Positions 32,811 to 45,102 of a DNA stretch of 64,000 bases are shown piece after piece. The notes under the pieces were generated by a model. That model was not told the origin of the DNA and searched no databases. It saw only the letters and a program-made list of their open reading frames with translations. The DNA lies in assembly GCA_037380845.1 (NCBI GenBank), contig JARRRI010000009.1, forward strand, positions 98,783 through 162,782. The letters run 5' to 3'. Numbering within the stretch: the first letter of the stretch is position 1; each line of letters begins with the position of its first letter. The translations under genes were made by a program, and so were the position numbers. The DNA is from Candidatus Sulfobium sp. (lineage in GTDB: Bacteria; Nitrospirota; Thermodesulfovibrionia; Thermodesulfovibrionales; UBA6898).

Positions 32811-33044
32811 ACAACACCTTTCTGCCTGTTCTGTCTCTGTTATTCCCTGCCTCCGGAGCCTCTGCGGGGTTATTTATAACGGCATAATATCTTATCCGAG
32901 AGAAGATTTCTAAGTCAAGAAACGGCCTCTTCGGCGGCCGGCTTCACCCGGTCTCTCAAGCCCTTGAAATCTCATGGCATTTTTTCCGTTTTGAGGTACA
33001 ATAGGATAAAAATATGTCCCGTTTCTGATTCTCCTCAGAATGTC

Positions 33045-34700
33045 ATGAACCAGGAAAAGAAAGATCTGATCTCCGAGAATTCGAGAAAAATCCTGAGTAA
33101 GGATTTTTCTCAGCTGAAGGAAGCTGTAAACATTATTCTCTTTTACGATGATAAGGAGAACAAGTCCTTTAATGAATTTTCAGTGCAGCTTCTGAAGGAG
33201 CTTTCCGGGATCTCCGGCAAGATAAGACTGGGGTTTGAACGGATCGGCGGGCAACTGTCGGAAAAGTACAACGTGTCGCGCTCTCCCACTTTGCTCATAG
33301 AGCCCGAAAAGTATCGTATACGGATAACCGGAGCCCCCGCCGGCGAGGAGACCCGTACCCTGATGATATCTATCCTCATGGCTTCCACCGGCGCGACTAT
33401 CCTGACGGACGAAAGCAGGAAAAGACTGTCCGGGCTTGAAGATGCGAGGAATATAAAGGTCTTTGTGAGCCCCACATGTCCCTACTGCCCGCAGCAGGCC
33501 GCCCTTGCGGTGGCGGCGGCCATTGAAAGACCCGATCTGGTGAGCGCCGAGATAATAGAAATATTTGAAAACAGAGACCTCGCGGCACAGTACGACGCCC
33601 TCTCCGTTCCCCAGACTTTCATAGAAGACCGCCTGGTCGGACTCGGGCTTCAGCCCGAGGAAGTCTTCGTGGAAGAGATACTCACCGCGGCCCCCATAAA
33701 AGCCGCGCCGGGCAAGAAGGAAACAGGCGAGAAGGACCTGGTCATCATAGGGGCCGGCCCTGCCGGACTCACCGCGGCCATTTATGCGGAAAGAAGCGGC
33801 CTCGAATCGGTCGTAATCGAAAAGAGCAACATCGGGGGACAGGTTTCGATCACTCCCGTCGTTGAGAATTACCCCGGTTTTACAAAGATAGGCGGCAAGA
33901 CGCTTATGGACATGATGGCGCAGCAGGCCGTAAATTATGCCGACATCCGGGAGGGAGAGGAAGTTGTTGAAATCCGTAAGAGTGGAGAGGGCTTCGATGT
34001 CATCACCAACAGGATGAAATATGCTGCGAAGGCGGTTCTTCTGACCACGGGAGCCGAGAGCAGGAAACTCAATGTCCCCGGGGAGAAAGAATATCAGGGC
34101 AGGGGCGTCAGCTACTGTGCCACCTGCGACGGCTATTTTTTCAAAGACGGGAAAAAAGTGATCGTCGTGGGAGGCGGCAATACCGCTGCCACGGAGGCTC
34201 TCTATCTGAAGAATATCGGTGTCGATGTAAGTATAGTCCACAGAAGGGATGAGCTGAGGGCCGAGATGTTCCTGCAAAAGAGCCTTGAGGACAGCGGAGT
34301 GCCTGTCATATGGAATACAGTGGTGAAGGAAATCCTGGGAGACAAGATGGTAAACGCCGTCAGGCTCGAAAACCTTGAGAACCATTCGGTGACAACTTTG
34401 CCTGTGGACGGGGTATTTATAGCCATCGGATATGTACCCAATAACCAACTCGCTTCAAGTCTGGGAGTTGAAGTAGACAGGGAGGGGTACCTGAAAGTCG
34501 ATTCAAGGCACAGAACAAATGTTCCGGGAATTTATGCGGCAGGAGACATCACAGGCGGAATAAAACAGATCGTAACCGCTGTCAGCCAGGGTGCCGTCGC
34601 CGCCATGACGATATTCGAAGATTTCGCACACCCTTACTGGAAAGATACTGAATCAGGGCAGCAACCGACTGAAAGGGACTTTGTTCCCAAAAGCACGTAA
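33045..34700 (+). CDS. Protein-disulfide oxidoreductase-thioredoxin reductase fusion (AhpF-like)
   Basis: Two Trx folds with CPYC; GAGPAG, YCATCDG, GGGNTA, AAGD; start uncertain. Confidence 0.88.
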   Translation: MNQEKKDLISENSRKILSKDFSQLKEAVNIILFYDDKENKSFNEFSVQLLKELSGISGKIRLGFERIGGQLSEKYNVSRSPTLLIEPEKYRIRITGAPAGEETRTLMISILMASTGATILTDESRKRLSGLEDARNIKVFVSPTCPYCPQQAALAVAAAIERPDLVSAEIIEIFENRDLAAQYDALSVPQTFIEDRLVGLGLQPEEVFVEEILTAAPIKAAPGKKETGEKDLVIIGAGPAGLTAAIYAERSGLESVVIEKSNIGGQVSITPVVENYPGFTKIGGKTLMDMMAQQAVNYADIREGEEVVEIRKSGEGFDVITNRMKYAAKAVLLTTGAESRKLNVPGEKEYQGRGVSYCATCDGYFFKDGKKVIVVGGGNTAATEALYLKNIGVDVSIVHRRDELRAEMFLQKSLEDSGVPVIWNTVVKEILGDKMVNAVRLENLENHSVTTLPVDGVFIAIGYVPNNQLASSLGVEVDREGYLKVDSRHRTNVPGIYAAGDITGGIKQIVTAVSQGAVAAMTIFEDFAHPYWKDTESGQQPTERDFVPKST

Positions 34701-34750
34701 GGACACAAAAAATTCCACCGGATGTTAACTTCAGGCTAAGCCTCTTTTCC

Positions 34751-34801
34751 GACATGCCCGAGGTCCTTGGTCGGACATCCACTTTGTACCTGGATTCTCG
34801 A
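34751..34801. repeat. Partial REP-like palindromic repeat
   Basis: GACATGCCCGAGGTCCTTGGTCGGACATCC, near reverse complement of 56220-56249. Confidence 0.75.
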
Positions 34802-34931
34802 TGCGAGTCCTTTTTTACAACGTTAGGTAACCTTGATATACTTCACATGTCCGCGAGCACTTTTTCCATTACCCTCTCGACCTTATAATGTGATATTTGT
34901 GCCTTCTGCGACCGTCTGCTTCTTTCCGGAA

Positions 34932-35984
34932 TTATTTTCCCGACCCTGATATCACCACCTTCTTCCCGGCTTCGGCTCTTTTTTCGATCTTGAGTCTTGA
35001 GATGACATCTTCTTCAGCGGGCCGGACTCTCAGGCTGAATTCTTTTCCCGCCCTTACCACTCTTACCACGACTTCCGGGAGATGTCTCGCATCCGAGTAT
35101 CTCGCACACAGGGAGGCAGCCGTAAGTAGGTCCTCATCGTCGCCGCCGAGCATCAGGGTGAGAGGACTTCCGAAACCGGGTACACGCAGATGGATGCCGT
35201 CCCCGTCCCTAAACGAGTCCAAACTCTCATTTTCGGCCTTGTTTCTGCCTATAATCACTTTGCAGCCCCCAGACAATCTGAAATGTCTCCCTACTCTCAA
35301 CAGGTGGTAGTCTGAAGTGGAGGGGTTCGGATCATTCTCCAGAAGCTCCCTCAGCCGGTAGGCGTAGTTGGGCTCGGTCAAAAGGCATCCTCCGGCCGGG
35401 GCGGGATAGTCCGTAAGTCCGAACTCACGGGCAAGGGCCATCTGGGGCTTTCGCGAGCGGCCGCCGAACCCGTGCAACAGATCCCTGTCCACCATTCCGC
35501 TCTCCTCTGGTACAGTCGGTTTTAACAGTTTAGCGCTCAGGGGCCGCAGCACATGTCCCTTCAATCCCGCTTCCCTGTCGATAATATTAAGGGAGTCCCT
35601 CCGCTGACTCATAGGACGCTGCCCCAGCACCTCGCCGGTAATGATAAAAGAAGCCCCTGTCATGTCCATGAACTCCCTGGCCTCCCGCAGCATGAGTATC
35701 CTGCAATCCATGCAGGGATTCATGTTCCTGCCGTGGCCGAATTTGGGATTCTTCACGATCTCGATGAATTTATCGGAAAGGTGACAGAGTTTTACCTCGA
35801 AGCCGAATTTCTCGGCGGCAGCGAATGGATTTTTTGAACAGGAAGACCTGTCGGAGATTTCGCATCCGAAATGGTTCATGAAGGTGACGGCGGTCACCCC
35901 GATTCCCTGCCTCATAACTATCAGTATCGCCAGCGTGCTGTCCAACCCTCCGGAAAACAAGGCTATAGCCCGAAGTTCACCCAT
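34932..35984 (-). CDS. ThiI/MnmA-like PP-loop tRNA thiolation protein
   Basis: SGGLDS, NPCMDCR, GEVLGQRPMSQ, PAGGCLLT, GRHFRL. Confidence 0.8.
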   Translation of the reverse strand: MGELRAIALFSGGLDSTLAILIVMRQGIGVTAVTFMNHFGCEISDRSSCSKNPFAAAEKFGFEVKLCHLSDKFIEIVKNPKFGHGRNMNPCMDCRILMLREAREFMDMTGASFIITGEVLGQRPMSQRRDSLNIIDREAGLKGHVLRPLSAKLLKPTVPEESGMVDRDLLHGFGGRSRKPQMALAREFGLTDYPAPAGGCLLTEPNYAYRLRELLENDPNPSTSDYHLLRVGRHFRLSGGCKVIIGRNKAENESLDSFRDGDGIHLRVPGFGSPLTLMLGGDDEDLLTAASLCARYSDARHLPEVVVRVVRAGKEFSLRVRPAEEDVISRLKIEKRAEAGKKVVISGSGK

Positions 35985-36939
35985 TGAACGACTCCATCAG
36001 TTGATCGGGAGTTGAAACTGCCGTACCGACTTCGCCGACAACCACGCCTGCAGCGTGATTGGCGATCACTGCAGCTTCCGCCATGTTTGCACCCGCAGCA
36101 CATGCAAGAGTAAAGGCCGAGATCACCGTATCGCCCGCTCCGGTAACATCATAGACCTTTTGCGCTGCCGTGGGTATATGGGAGACACCCTTCTTCTCAA
36201 AAAGGCTCATCCCCTGCTCTCCTCTCGTAATAAGCAGGGCCTTGCACCCCAGCCTCCTCAGCAGAGTCCTTCCCGCCCTTTCAAGAGTCTTCTCGTCCCT
36301 GATCTCGATATTTGCGCCGCTGGCGGCCTCTGCTACATTGGGCGTCACTACGGATACCCCCCTGTAAAATTTGAAATGGCCGACCTTGGGGTCGACGGCG
36401 ATGAACTTCTTTTTCCTCGTTGAGGTCTCCACGATCCCTTTTATCAAGCCCCTGGAGACCATTCCCTTTCTGTAATCCGATACTATTATCGCGTCAAAGT
36501 CCTTAAATAATGAATCGATATGCTGCAGGACTGCGCCCAATACCCTTCCCGCAACATACTTGCTGTCTTCCCTGTCGAACCTCACGACCTGCTGGCTGTG
36601 GGCGATGACTCTCGTTTTCACTGTCGTGGGCCTGTTCGACATGAATATGCCCTCGCATTTCACGCCCCTCTGGCGGAGCATATCGCCCAGGGCCTCGCCT
36701 GCCATGTCCCTGCCGACGATGCCCACCACAGCGGCTCTTGCGCCAAGCGAGACTATGTTGTTGGCAACATTGGCCGCCCCCCCGAGCAGAAAACTCTCCC
36801 GTTCAACCTCGACGACAGGCACAGGGGCCTCCGGAGAGATCCGTCTCACCTTTCCCCATATGTAATGATCAAGGATGAGGTCGCCAATAACAAGGATATT
36901 CTTGTTACGGAACTCGAGGATAATATCTTCAAATTTCAT
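35977..36939 (-). CDS. rfaE1: D-glycero-beta-D-manno-heptose-7-phosphate kinase
   Basis: RISPEAPVPVV, GGAANVA, DVTGAGDT. Confidence 0.93.
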   Translation of the reverse strand: MKFEDIILEFRNKNILVIGDLILDHYIWGKVRRISPEAPVPVVEVERESFLLGGAANVANNIVSLGARAAVVGIVGRDMAGEALGDMLRQRGVKCEGIFMSNRPTTVKTRVIAHSQQVVRFDREDSKYVAGRVLGAVLQHIDSLFKDFDAIIVSDYRKGMVSRGLIKGIVETSTRKKKFIAVDPKVGHFKFYRGVSVVTPNVAEAASGANIEIRDEKTLERAGRTLLRRLGCKALLITRGEQGMSLFEKKGVSHIPTAAQKVYDVTGAGDTVISAFTLACAAGANMAEAAVIANHAAGVVVGEVGTAVSTPDQLMESFNG

Positions 36940-37160
36940 ATTGTTTAATATAGCTTACTTCGCAACGAAAAATGAACTCCGAGTCACCCGGATTTTCCAT
37001 TAAGGCTTTTATTGTCATCATTCCGTCCGGAGCGGCTCCTCTTGAAGGTCCGCTTCAGATTCCCGGTCAGTCTGACGGAAAGGCCCCGCAAACCCCCGGG
37101 AGTGCCTCCCCCCTGGGGAGCCCGCCTGTCAGGCAGGAAGGGACTGGGAGAGGAGTATTT

Positions 37161-38519
37161 TCAGGTCATTGACAAAAAAGCTCCCTTCTTATCGACGTTA
37201 TAGGTGTCCTCATAGTAGCTGCCAGCCTTGAAGTAGCCGGCGTCGATCTGGTAGTTGAGGTTCTTTGCAACATTGTATACGATTTTGCCGTCAACTTCCC
37301 ATCCTGCGTTCTTCGAAACACCGTTCATGGTCTTCGTCGCCCTGATGATGTAGCCGTCGAGTGAGGCGGTAACGTCCTTCGTCGGGGTTACATCGAGGCC
37401 GATGTTGTAATAAGTGGTGTTGTCGACGCCGGAATTGATCCTGCCGGCTGTCGATACGACGTTATACTCATATACCAGTGTGTAGTGCTGGTCGTTGCCG
37501 AGATAGGTTACGAAGTCCTTGAGGTCTCCGTCGGCGAGACCATCATCGTCGCCGCTGCCATATGCAAAGCTGGCCCTCACGTTGAGGGGATCAATCATGT
37601 AATTCAGGCCCGCGGTTACAGCCCAGCCCTTGAAGTCGATGTCGGTCCCGGCGGCGCCGCCCAGAAGGGAAGCGTCCGTTTTGCCGAACTGGAAGTCAGC
37701 AGTTGCCTTGACGCCGAGGCCCGAGAACTCGGCATTGCCCGTGAACCCAAGGTTCTGATGGCTGAAATTGAAATCCGGCAGATTCAGATAGGTATAATTG
37801 ATGCCGACGGAGGTCTTGTCGTCAGGTTTGTAGGTGATTATGCCGACATAGCCGTCGAGGTCGTCGGTGTTGTCGTACCGGCTGCCGGTGTATCCGACAA
37901 CTCCCACAGTGGGGATGTTGCTGAAGGAACCGTCGCCTGCGAACTTGACGGTCAGCAGGTCTATCTCCATCTCCTTTGTCGGGAGCAGGAAGGCAACGAT
38001 GGCGTCATCGCCGAATTTAGTATGATCGAAAAACTCCTTCTGCGCAATTGCAAGGGGCACGTGGCCGATCTTCAGGCCGCTGGGGAAACCGAAAAGGCCG
38101 GAGCCGCTGTAAAGAATCCATGCCTGCAGGATGCCCATGGTAGCGGGCTTCGAATTGAAGTTACCCCACAAGTAGTTGTCCTGCTCGCCCGTTCCGGATT
38201 CGAGCTGTAACATGCCTTCGATATTCGGGGAAATCTTGGCATCGACGCTGAGTCGCACCCTCTCGTCGTACCAGGCTGCGGAATTCTTCTCGGCAGGTAT
38301 GCCGTTGAACCCTTCCGAACTATCTGCGAAACCGGTAGTGTCGATGTTATCGCCGTACCAGCCTCTGACCCTCAGTTCTCCGCTCAGATTGATCTGGGTC
38401 GTCCCTGCTGCCACTACCGCCTGTGTCTCAGACGGAATTTCTGCGTGGATTGCAAAGGCGCTGGCTGCAAAACTCAATACAAAAAGTGCGCCTAAGATGA
38501 TCGCTAAATATTTTTTCAA
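37161..38519 (-). CDS. Outer-membrane beta-barrel porin; C-terminus appears truncated
   Basis: Signal peptide, alternating beta-strands, GWEVD..YQIDAGYF; ends KKGAFLSMT without terminal aromatic strand. Confidence 0.8.
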   Translation of the reverse strand: MKKYLAIILGALFVLSFAASAFAIHAEIPSETQAVVAAGTTQINLSGELRVRGWYGDNIDTTGFADSSEGFNGIPAEKNSAAWYDERVRLSVDAKISPNIEGMLQLESGTGEQDNYLWGNFNSKPATMGILQAWILYSGSGLFGFPSGLKIGHVPLAIAQKEFFDHTKFGDDAIVAFLLPTKEMEIDLLTVKFAGDGSFSNIPTVGVVGYTGSRYDNTDDLDGYVGIITYKPDDKTSVGINYTYLNLPDFNFSHQNLGFTGNAEFSGLGVKATADFQFGKTDASLLGGAAGTDIDFKGWAVTAGLNYMIDPLNVRASFAYGSGDDDGLADGDLKDFVTYLGNDQHYTLVYEYNVVSTAGRINSGVDNTTYYNIGLDVTPTKDVTASLDGYIIRATKTMNGVSKNAGWEVDGKIVYNVAKNLNYQIDAGYFKAGSYYEDTYNVDKKGAFLSMT

Positions 38520-38756
38520 TTTGCTAACCCTCCTTCTCAGAAGTTAAAAGCCAAGAATCGGCGGCCGGCTTCCGCGGCAACGAATTCCCAACTTAAAGAT
38601 ATTTTCTCCGCCCAAGGCGGATTTTACCTTATTTGCATCTCTTGCTGAACCAATAAATTCTTTTATCACCTCCCCTTGAAAGGTTTAGCCTCTCCCACGG
38701 AGGCCGCATAAGTGATTAGTAAGATAAGAAATATTCCTGAGCCTGAATAAATGCAA

Positions 38757-38889
38757 ATTTATATCATCCCTGTTCGCACTTTGTCAAGAATTTTCTCGAT
38801 CCTTTCAAGCCGAGCCAAATTTTGGATAAAAAGGATGCAAGTTAAGGGCCAATCCACGGACTGAGTTGAAATTTTATAGCTAACTGATA
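38757..38889 (-). promoter_or_regulatory. sigma54 and sigma70 promoters upstream of porin
   Basis: TGGCCCTTAACTTGCA (38851-38836); IHF-like TATCAGTTAGCTA (38889-38877); TTGACA-18-TATAAA downstream. Confidence 0.6.
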
Positions 38890-39256
38890 TATCTCTTTAT
38901 TTCCGCCCACTTATTAAACCGCCCACGGCAAAGAAGTCTCCTCAATCCGGATACAGCTGTATCTATTTTTCAACAGTCTTTTTGCAAATATGAGACAATG
39001 GCCGGGCCGGCGTTCCGGTTTGTTCCCTCACAAAAAAAGGAAATAAAACGGGTTTTACCGAAAAAGTGGAAGAAAAAAGTGAGAAAAAGCACTCCTTTCC
39101 GTCTTATAATTCGAACACATTTTGGTCACAATCTTCACATTTTAGGGAGGAATCCCCGGAGTCTTCGGCTCCATCCTTGGAAAAACCGGAAGGTCTCAGG
39201 AGGGAGTTTCTGACTGCTTTGCGCGATAAAGGCTCCAGCAGTTACAATATTTCTTA

Positions 39257-40330
39257 ATGTTCAAGGTCATTTACAGATCAATTCTTAAGGAGCTTTGCGT
39301 CACTTTCCTGCTGACGCTTGCCTTTCTCAATTCCGTATTGATGATGGAAAAAATGCTCCGCCTCAGCAGGCTGCTTTCGGGCGTCGGTGCGTCAATGTCC
39401 GATGTACTGAAGATCATCCTTTTGCTCCAGCCGCAACTTCTGCTTCTCACAATACCCATGTCCCTTCTTCTTTCAACGCTTCTGGTTTACGGAAGGATGA
39501 ACCACGACAGTGAAACCATAATACTGAGGGCAAGCGGCATGGACTTCAGAAAGATTTCTTTTCCTGTAGTCGTCCTTGGCATACTCTGCTTTATCATGAG
39601 TATCGCCGCAAGTTTTTATCTTGCCCCCATAGGGAGCAGCCGGCTTAGGGAAGAGGTGAAGACGATAATTGCCGTGGGCTCGACGCATGCCATAGAAGAA
39701 GGCACTTTCAACTCGTCCTTCAAGGACATCGTAATACTCGTAAAAGCGAAGAAGCCGCCGGACAGGCTTGAGGACATCTTCATCTACGACAGTCGCCGCA
39801 AGGAAGAGCCCAGGGTTCTGATAGCTCGGGAGGGGAGACTTTTCATGCAAAACGGCTCCACTATCGGCATCGACCTGAGAGACGGCTATATGAATATCGC
39901 AAAGGACACGGCGGTGACAGAACTGTTCTTTAAAAGATACAGATTTAATCTGAACCTGGACTATGATTCAGGTTCGCCGAGGAAGAAGGAGTTTACCCCC
40001 CTGCAACTGCTGAAGAAAATACGCACTGCCGGTGCCGGCAAGGAAAAGAAATCCCTGTATCTGGAATTCAACCGCCGCCTGTCGCTGCCGGTGGTCTGCC
40101 TGCTCCTCATCCTTCTGGGGCCTCCCCTTTCCCTGCTTTCCGGTAAGTCGGGGAGACTCGGCGGCCTGGCAATCGGGCTGCTTGTCTTCACCGTTTATTA
40201 CGTGCTGCTGGCGTACTGCGAAAACCTTGTGCTGGCCTCGCGCATCCCCTATTACGTCGGCGCCTGGATACCCACTGCCCTGCTGGGTACCTTCGCGGTA
40301 ATAATGTTCAGGAGGGAGAGCCTCCGATGA
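39257..40330 (+). CDS. lptF: LPS export permease LptF
   Basis: YjgP/Q topology, GRMNHDSETIILRASG, paired with lptG. Confidence 0.88.
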   Translation: MFKVIYRSILKELCVTFLLTLAFLNSVLMMEKMLRLSRLLSGVGASMSDVLKIILLLQPQLLLLTIPMSLLLSTLLVYGRMNHDSETIILRASGMDFRKISFPVVVLGILCFIMSIAASFYLAPIGSSRLREEVKTIIAVGSTHAIEEGTFNSSFKDIVILVKAKKPPDRLEDIFIYDSRRKEEPRVLIAREGRLFMQNGSTIGIDLRDGYMNIAKDTAVTELFFKRYRFNLNLDYDSGSPRKKEFTPLQLLKKIRTAGAGKEKKSLYLEFNRRLSLPVVCLLLILLGPPLSLLSGKSGRLGGLAIGLLVFTVYYVLLAYCENLVLASRIPYYVGAWIPTALLGTFAVIMFRRESLR

Positions 40331-41391
40331 AAACGGTCCAGCGTCTTTATTTGAAGGATTTCTTCATACTCCTGGGTATCCTTGCGGCAGGAATGTCCGC
40401 AATCTTCAGCCTTCTGGACCTTACAAGCAATATCGACAACTTTATGCATGGCAAGCCGTCTGTAATCGACCTCCTGTCTTACGCCGCACTGAACGTACCG
40501 AGGTATTTCCTGTACCTTCTCCCGATGTCGGTACTGATCGGCAGTCTCTTCACATTCAGCCAGGCCCATAAGAGGGGAGAAATCACAGCGATCAAGGCCG
40601 CGGGGGGAAGACTCAGGACGCTCTTTTATCCTTTCATCATCGCAGCGGTTTTACTGAGCGTCGCGGCCTTTCTCGTAGGCGAGGTCGTAGTGCCGGACTT
40701 CTCGGGGAAAGCTATTGAACTCAGGAACAACATAGAAGGCAAAACGAGGCGTCTCAGTTTCACGGACGGGGCGCTGTGGCTGAAAAGCAAAGACGGGTCC
40801 CCTGTTAAGATAGACCTCTATATTCCGGACCGTAAGATAGCCAGAGGTATCAGCATTTTTGTTGTAGGCAAAAATGTCCTGAAAGAAGAAATCCGGGCGG
40901 ACGAGGCCGTTTGGGACGGCAATACATGGATTCTTAAAAACATAAGCGAGTTCGACATCGGCTCGGGCAAAATCGAAAAACTTCCGTCGCTGAAGTATCC
41001 CGACCTGGAATCTCCCGACCTCTTCACTGAAGAGATCAAGACGACCGACGAGATGGGGTTCTTCGAGCTTTACAGGTACATTCAGAGGTTGCGGGCCGCC
41101 GGCTTCAATAACGTAAAGATGGCCGTGGACATCAATTCGAAGATCTCCTTTCCCCTGATAAACGTGTTCATGATGCTTCTGGGCATTTCATTGTCGCTTC
41201 GGATGGGTCTCGGAAGCGGCCTCTTCAGTGCGGGGCTGGGGCTCCTGATCAGCCTCCTCTACTGGTTCAGTTACACCTTCGCACTTTCCCTGGGATATGC
41301 CGGTATCCTCTATCCTCTGTTTTCTGCATGGCTGATACCCTTCTTCTTCAGCCTGCTGTCTGTTTATCTCTTCCTGCAGATACCTGAATGA
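40327..41391 (+). CDS. lptG: LPS export permease LptG
   Basis: EITAIKAAG, KISFPL, SAWLIP; ATGA overlap. Confidence 0.88.
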   Translation: MKTVQRLYLKDFFILLGILAAGMSAIFSLLDLTSNIDNFMHGKPSVIDLLSYAALNVPRYFLYLLPMSVLIGSLFTFSQAHKRGEITAIKAAGGRLRTLFYPFIIAAVLLSVAAFLVGEVVVPDFSGKAIELRNNIEGKTRRLSFTDGALWLKSKDGSPVKIDLYIPDRKIARGISIFVVGKNVLKEEIRADEAVWDGNTWILKNISEFDIGSGKIEKLPSLKYPDLESPDLFTEEIKTTDEMGFFELYRYIQRLRAAGFNNVKMAVDINSKISFPLINVFMMLLGISLSLRMGLGSGLFSAGLGLLISLLYWFSYTFALSLGYAGILYPLFSAWLIPFFFSLLSVYLFLQIPE

Positions 41392-41396
41392 ATCGG

Positions 41397-42266
41397 CTAT
41401 CTGCCGGACTTCTTTGCCTCTTCGAGATAGCGCGAAACTTCGTTCCTGTAAAGCTCATGGAGATGCCGGGATATCGGCCCCACCCGGTATGACTTATGTT
41501 CGAACCGTGAGACAGGCATGACCTCGCCGGTGGTGTTGGTGAGGAAAACCTCTTGCGCGGCGAAAATGTCCTCCGGAACGAACATCCCCTCTGTTACCGC
41601 GATCCCGTTGTTCCCGGCAACGCGGATGGTCACCTCCCTGGTAATCCCTTCCAGAATGCCGGTCTCCCTGGAGGGCGTGCAGACCCGTTCATCACGGACA
41701 AAGAAAATATTGCTCACGGTGCCTTCGGCGATGTAGCCGTCCCTGTTGAGCATGACCGCCTCGTATGCGCCCTTCTCGATAGCCTCGGTCTTTGCCAGGA
41801 TATTATTCAGAAAATTCAGTGACTTGATACTAGGGTCAAGGGCCTCCGCAAGGTTTCTCCTGGTCCTGGCCATTATCAGCTCCGTTCCTTTCTGGTAGTA
41901 TGACCCGGGATATTCCCTGAACCCTTCCGTAATAATCACAACCGTCGGTTCTTTGCAGAGCCGCGGATCAAGGCCGATCTTACCTTTCCCCCTGGAAACG
42001 GTCACCCTTACGTAGGCATCGGACAGGCCGTTATACTCCATGGTTTCATATACCGCGTCCCTCAGGAACTTCCGGTCCGGACACGTGAGTCTTATCAGTG
42101 ACGCCGAACGGGCCAGCCTTTCGAGATGACGGTCAAGCATGAAGACGACACCGCCATAAGAGCGCATTGTTTCATAGATGCCGTCCCCGTAAAGAAAGCC
42201 GTGGTCATATACGGAAATGCACGCTTCGGCCTCTTTTACCACTCTGCCGTTCAGGAATATATACAT
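41397..42266 (-). CDS. Class IV aminotransferase (IlvE/PabC-like)
   Basis: DHGFLYGDGIYET, KSLNFLNN, EGTVSN, LEGITR. Confidence 0.9.
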   Translation of the reverse strand: MYIFLNGRVVKEAEACISVYDHGFLYGDGIYETMRSYGGVVFMLDRHLERLARSASLIRLTCPDRKFLRDAVYETMEYNGLSDAYVRVTVSRGKGKIGLDPRLCKEPTVVIITEGFREYPGSYYQKGTELIMARTRRNLAEALDPSIKSLNFLNNILAKTEAIEKGAYEAVMLNRDGYIAEGTVSNIFFVRDERVCTPSRETGILEGITREVTIRVAGNNGIAVTEGMFVPEDIFAAQEVFLTNTTGEVMPVSRFEHKSYRVGPISRHLHELYRNEVSRYLEEAKKSGR

Positions 42267-42365
42267 AAATCGCCCCCCTTAAAACTCTTCTTGAATTCCG
42301 CACCTTCCCCCTTCCTGCCCGGGCACGTCCTTGTCATGCCTCCTCCGATCTTGTATTATTGCATT

Positions 42366-43955
<1,590 letters not shown>

Positions 43956-44079
43956 TATATGCATCCGGCAACGGGTCTGCAAAACTCATGTGAAGAAGGA
44001 TTCCCGGCGCCGCATCCTGAAGGCAGGCGTTTTGCTTGCGAGAACCGTCATGAGCCGGGGCTGATAAAGCCTTTTATCG

Positions 44080-44151
44080 GTCATACCCGCGCAGGCAGGT
44101 ATCCAGGCCTCTTAAAAAGGACGGATTCCCGACTACTACCTCGGGAATGAC
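44080..44151. repeat. REP-like palindromic repeat
   Basis: GTCATACCCG..GGTATCCA..GGATTCCCG..CGGGAATGAC. Confidence 0.75.
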
Positions 44152-44325
44152 GGCCTGCCAGCATCTCAGGGCCAAGACGGCATCTCACCGTTTTACGGAA
44201 TTGTTATTCCCCCTTGTCACTTCACGCACGGGCAATCTTTCTTCTAATGGCACCCATAAATTAAGGGTAAAACATCTTCGTATTAAAACTTGACTAAAAA
44301 CCTCTATTACCCCGAAAATCAGTTC

Positions 44326-45102
44326 ATGCGTCGTATCAGGTTATTGATAGAGTATGACGGCACCGACTATCACGGCTGGCAGTCCCAGAAATCCGGAGGG
44401 ACGATACAGGACATTCTGAGTGAGGCGATCTTCTCCGTCACCGGAGAAGAGGTGAAGCTGACGGGCGCAAGCAGGACTGACGCCGGTGTTCATGCGCTGT
44501 CTCAGGTAGCAGCATTTAGGACGGGGTCCCGGCTGTCAAGCGAATTAATTATGCGGGCGCTGAACGCAAAGCTTCCGGCGGACATCAGGATACTGGAAGC
44601 TGAAGAAGAAAGTGAAGGGTTTCACCCCAGATACGATGCGGACAGAAAAAGCTATTTCTATATCCTTTCCCCGGACAGGAACCCTTCGGCCTTCCTTCGC
44701 AAATACGTCTGGTATCTGAAAACACCGGTAGATGTCACAGCCATGTCAGAGGCGTCGCAAAAGCTTCTCGGCAAGCACAATTTCTCTTCCTTCAGGGGGG
44801 CCGGCTGCGGCGCCAAACATCCGGTGAGAACGGTCCATGCCTGTGAGGTAGCCAAGCTGGACAGCGTCGGCTTCATGACCGCCGCGATTAGAGGCGATTT
44901 CATCCGCTTCCGGATCGAGGCTGACGCCTTCCTCAGACACATGGTAAGGAATATAGTCGGAAGCCTTGTAGAGGTAGGCAGGGGGAGGATGTCTCCCGGG
45001 GAGTTTTCAGACCTCCTGACCGTCTGCGACAGGACAAAGGCGGGTCCGACAGCTCCGGCCCGCGGACTGTTCCTGGCGAAGATCATTTACAGGGCGAAGT
45101 AA
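44326..45102 (+). CDS. truA: tRNA pseudouridine(38-40) synthase
   Basis: YDGTDYHGWQ, SRTDAGVHA, FLRHMVR, TAPARGL. Confidence 0.96.
   Translation: MRRIRLLIEYDGTDYHGWQSQKSGGTIQDILSEAIFSVTGEEVKLTGASRTDAGVHALSQVAAFRTGSRLSSELIMRALNAKLPADIRILEAEEESEGFHPRYDADRKSYFYILSPDRNPSAFLRKYVWYLKTPVDVTAMSEASQKLLGKHNFSSFRGAGCGAKHPVRTVHACEVAKLDSVGFMTAAIRGDFIRFRIEADAFLRHMVRNIVGSLVEVGRGRMSPGEFSDLLTVCDRTKAGPTAPARGLFLAKIIYRAK

Noticed and set aside
33180..34448. 422-aa minus-strand ORF and similar long antisense ORFs (30127-31272, 47742-48824, 55189-56064)
   Set aside because: Shadows of well-supported genes on the opposite strand
37020..37160. Structured ncRNA downstream of the porin
   Set aside because: GC-rich hairpins look like degenerate repeats; no family motif recognised
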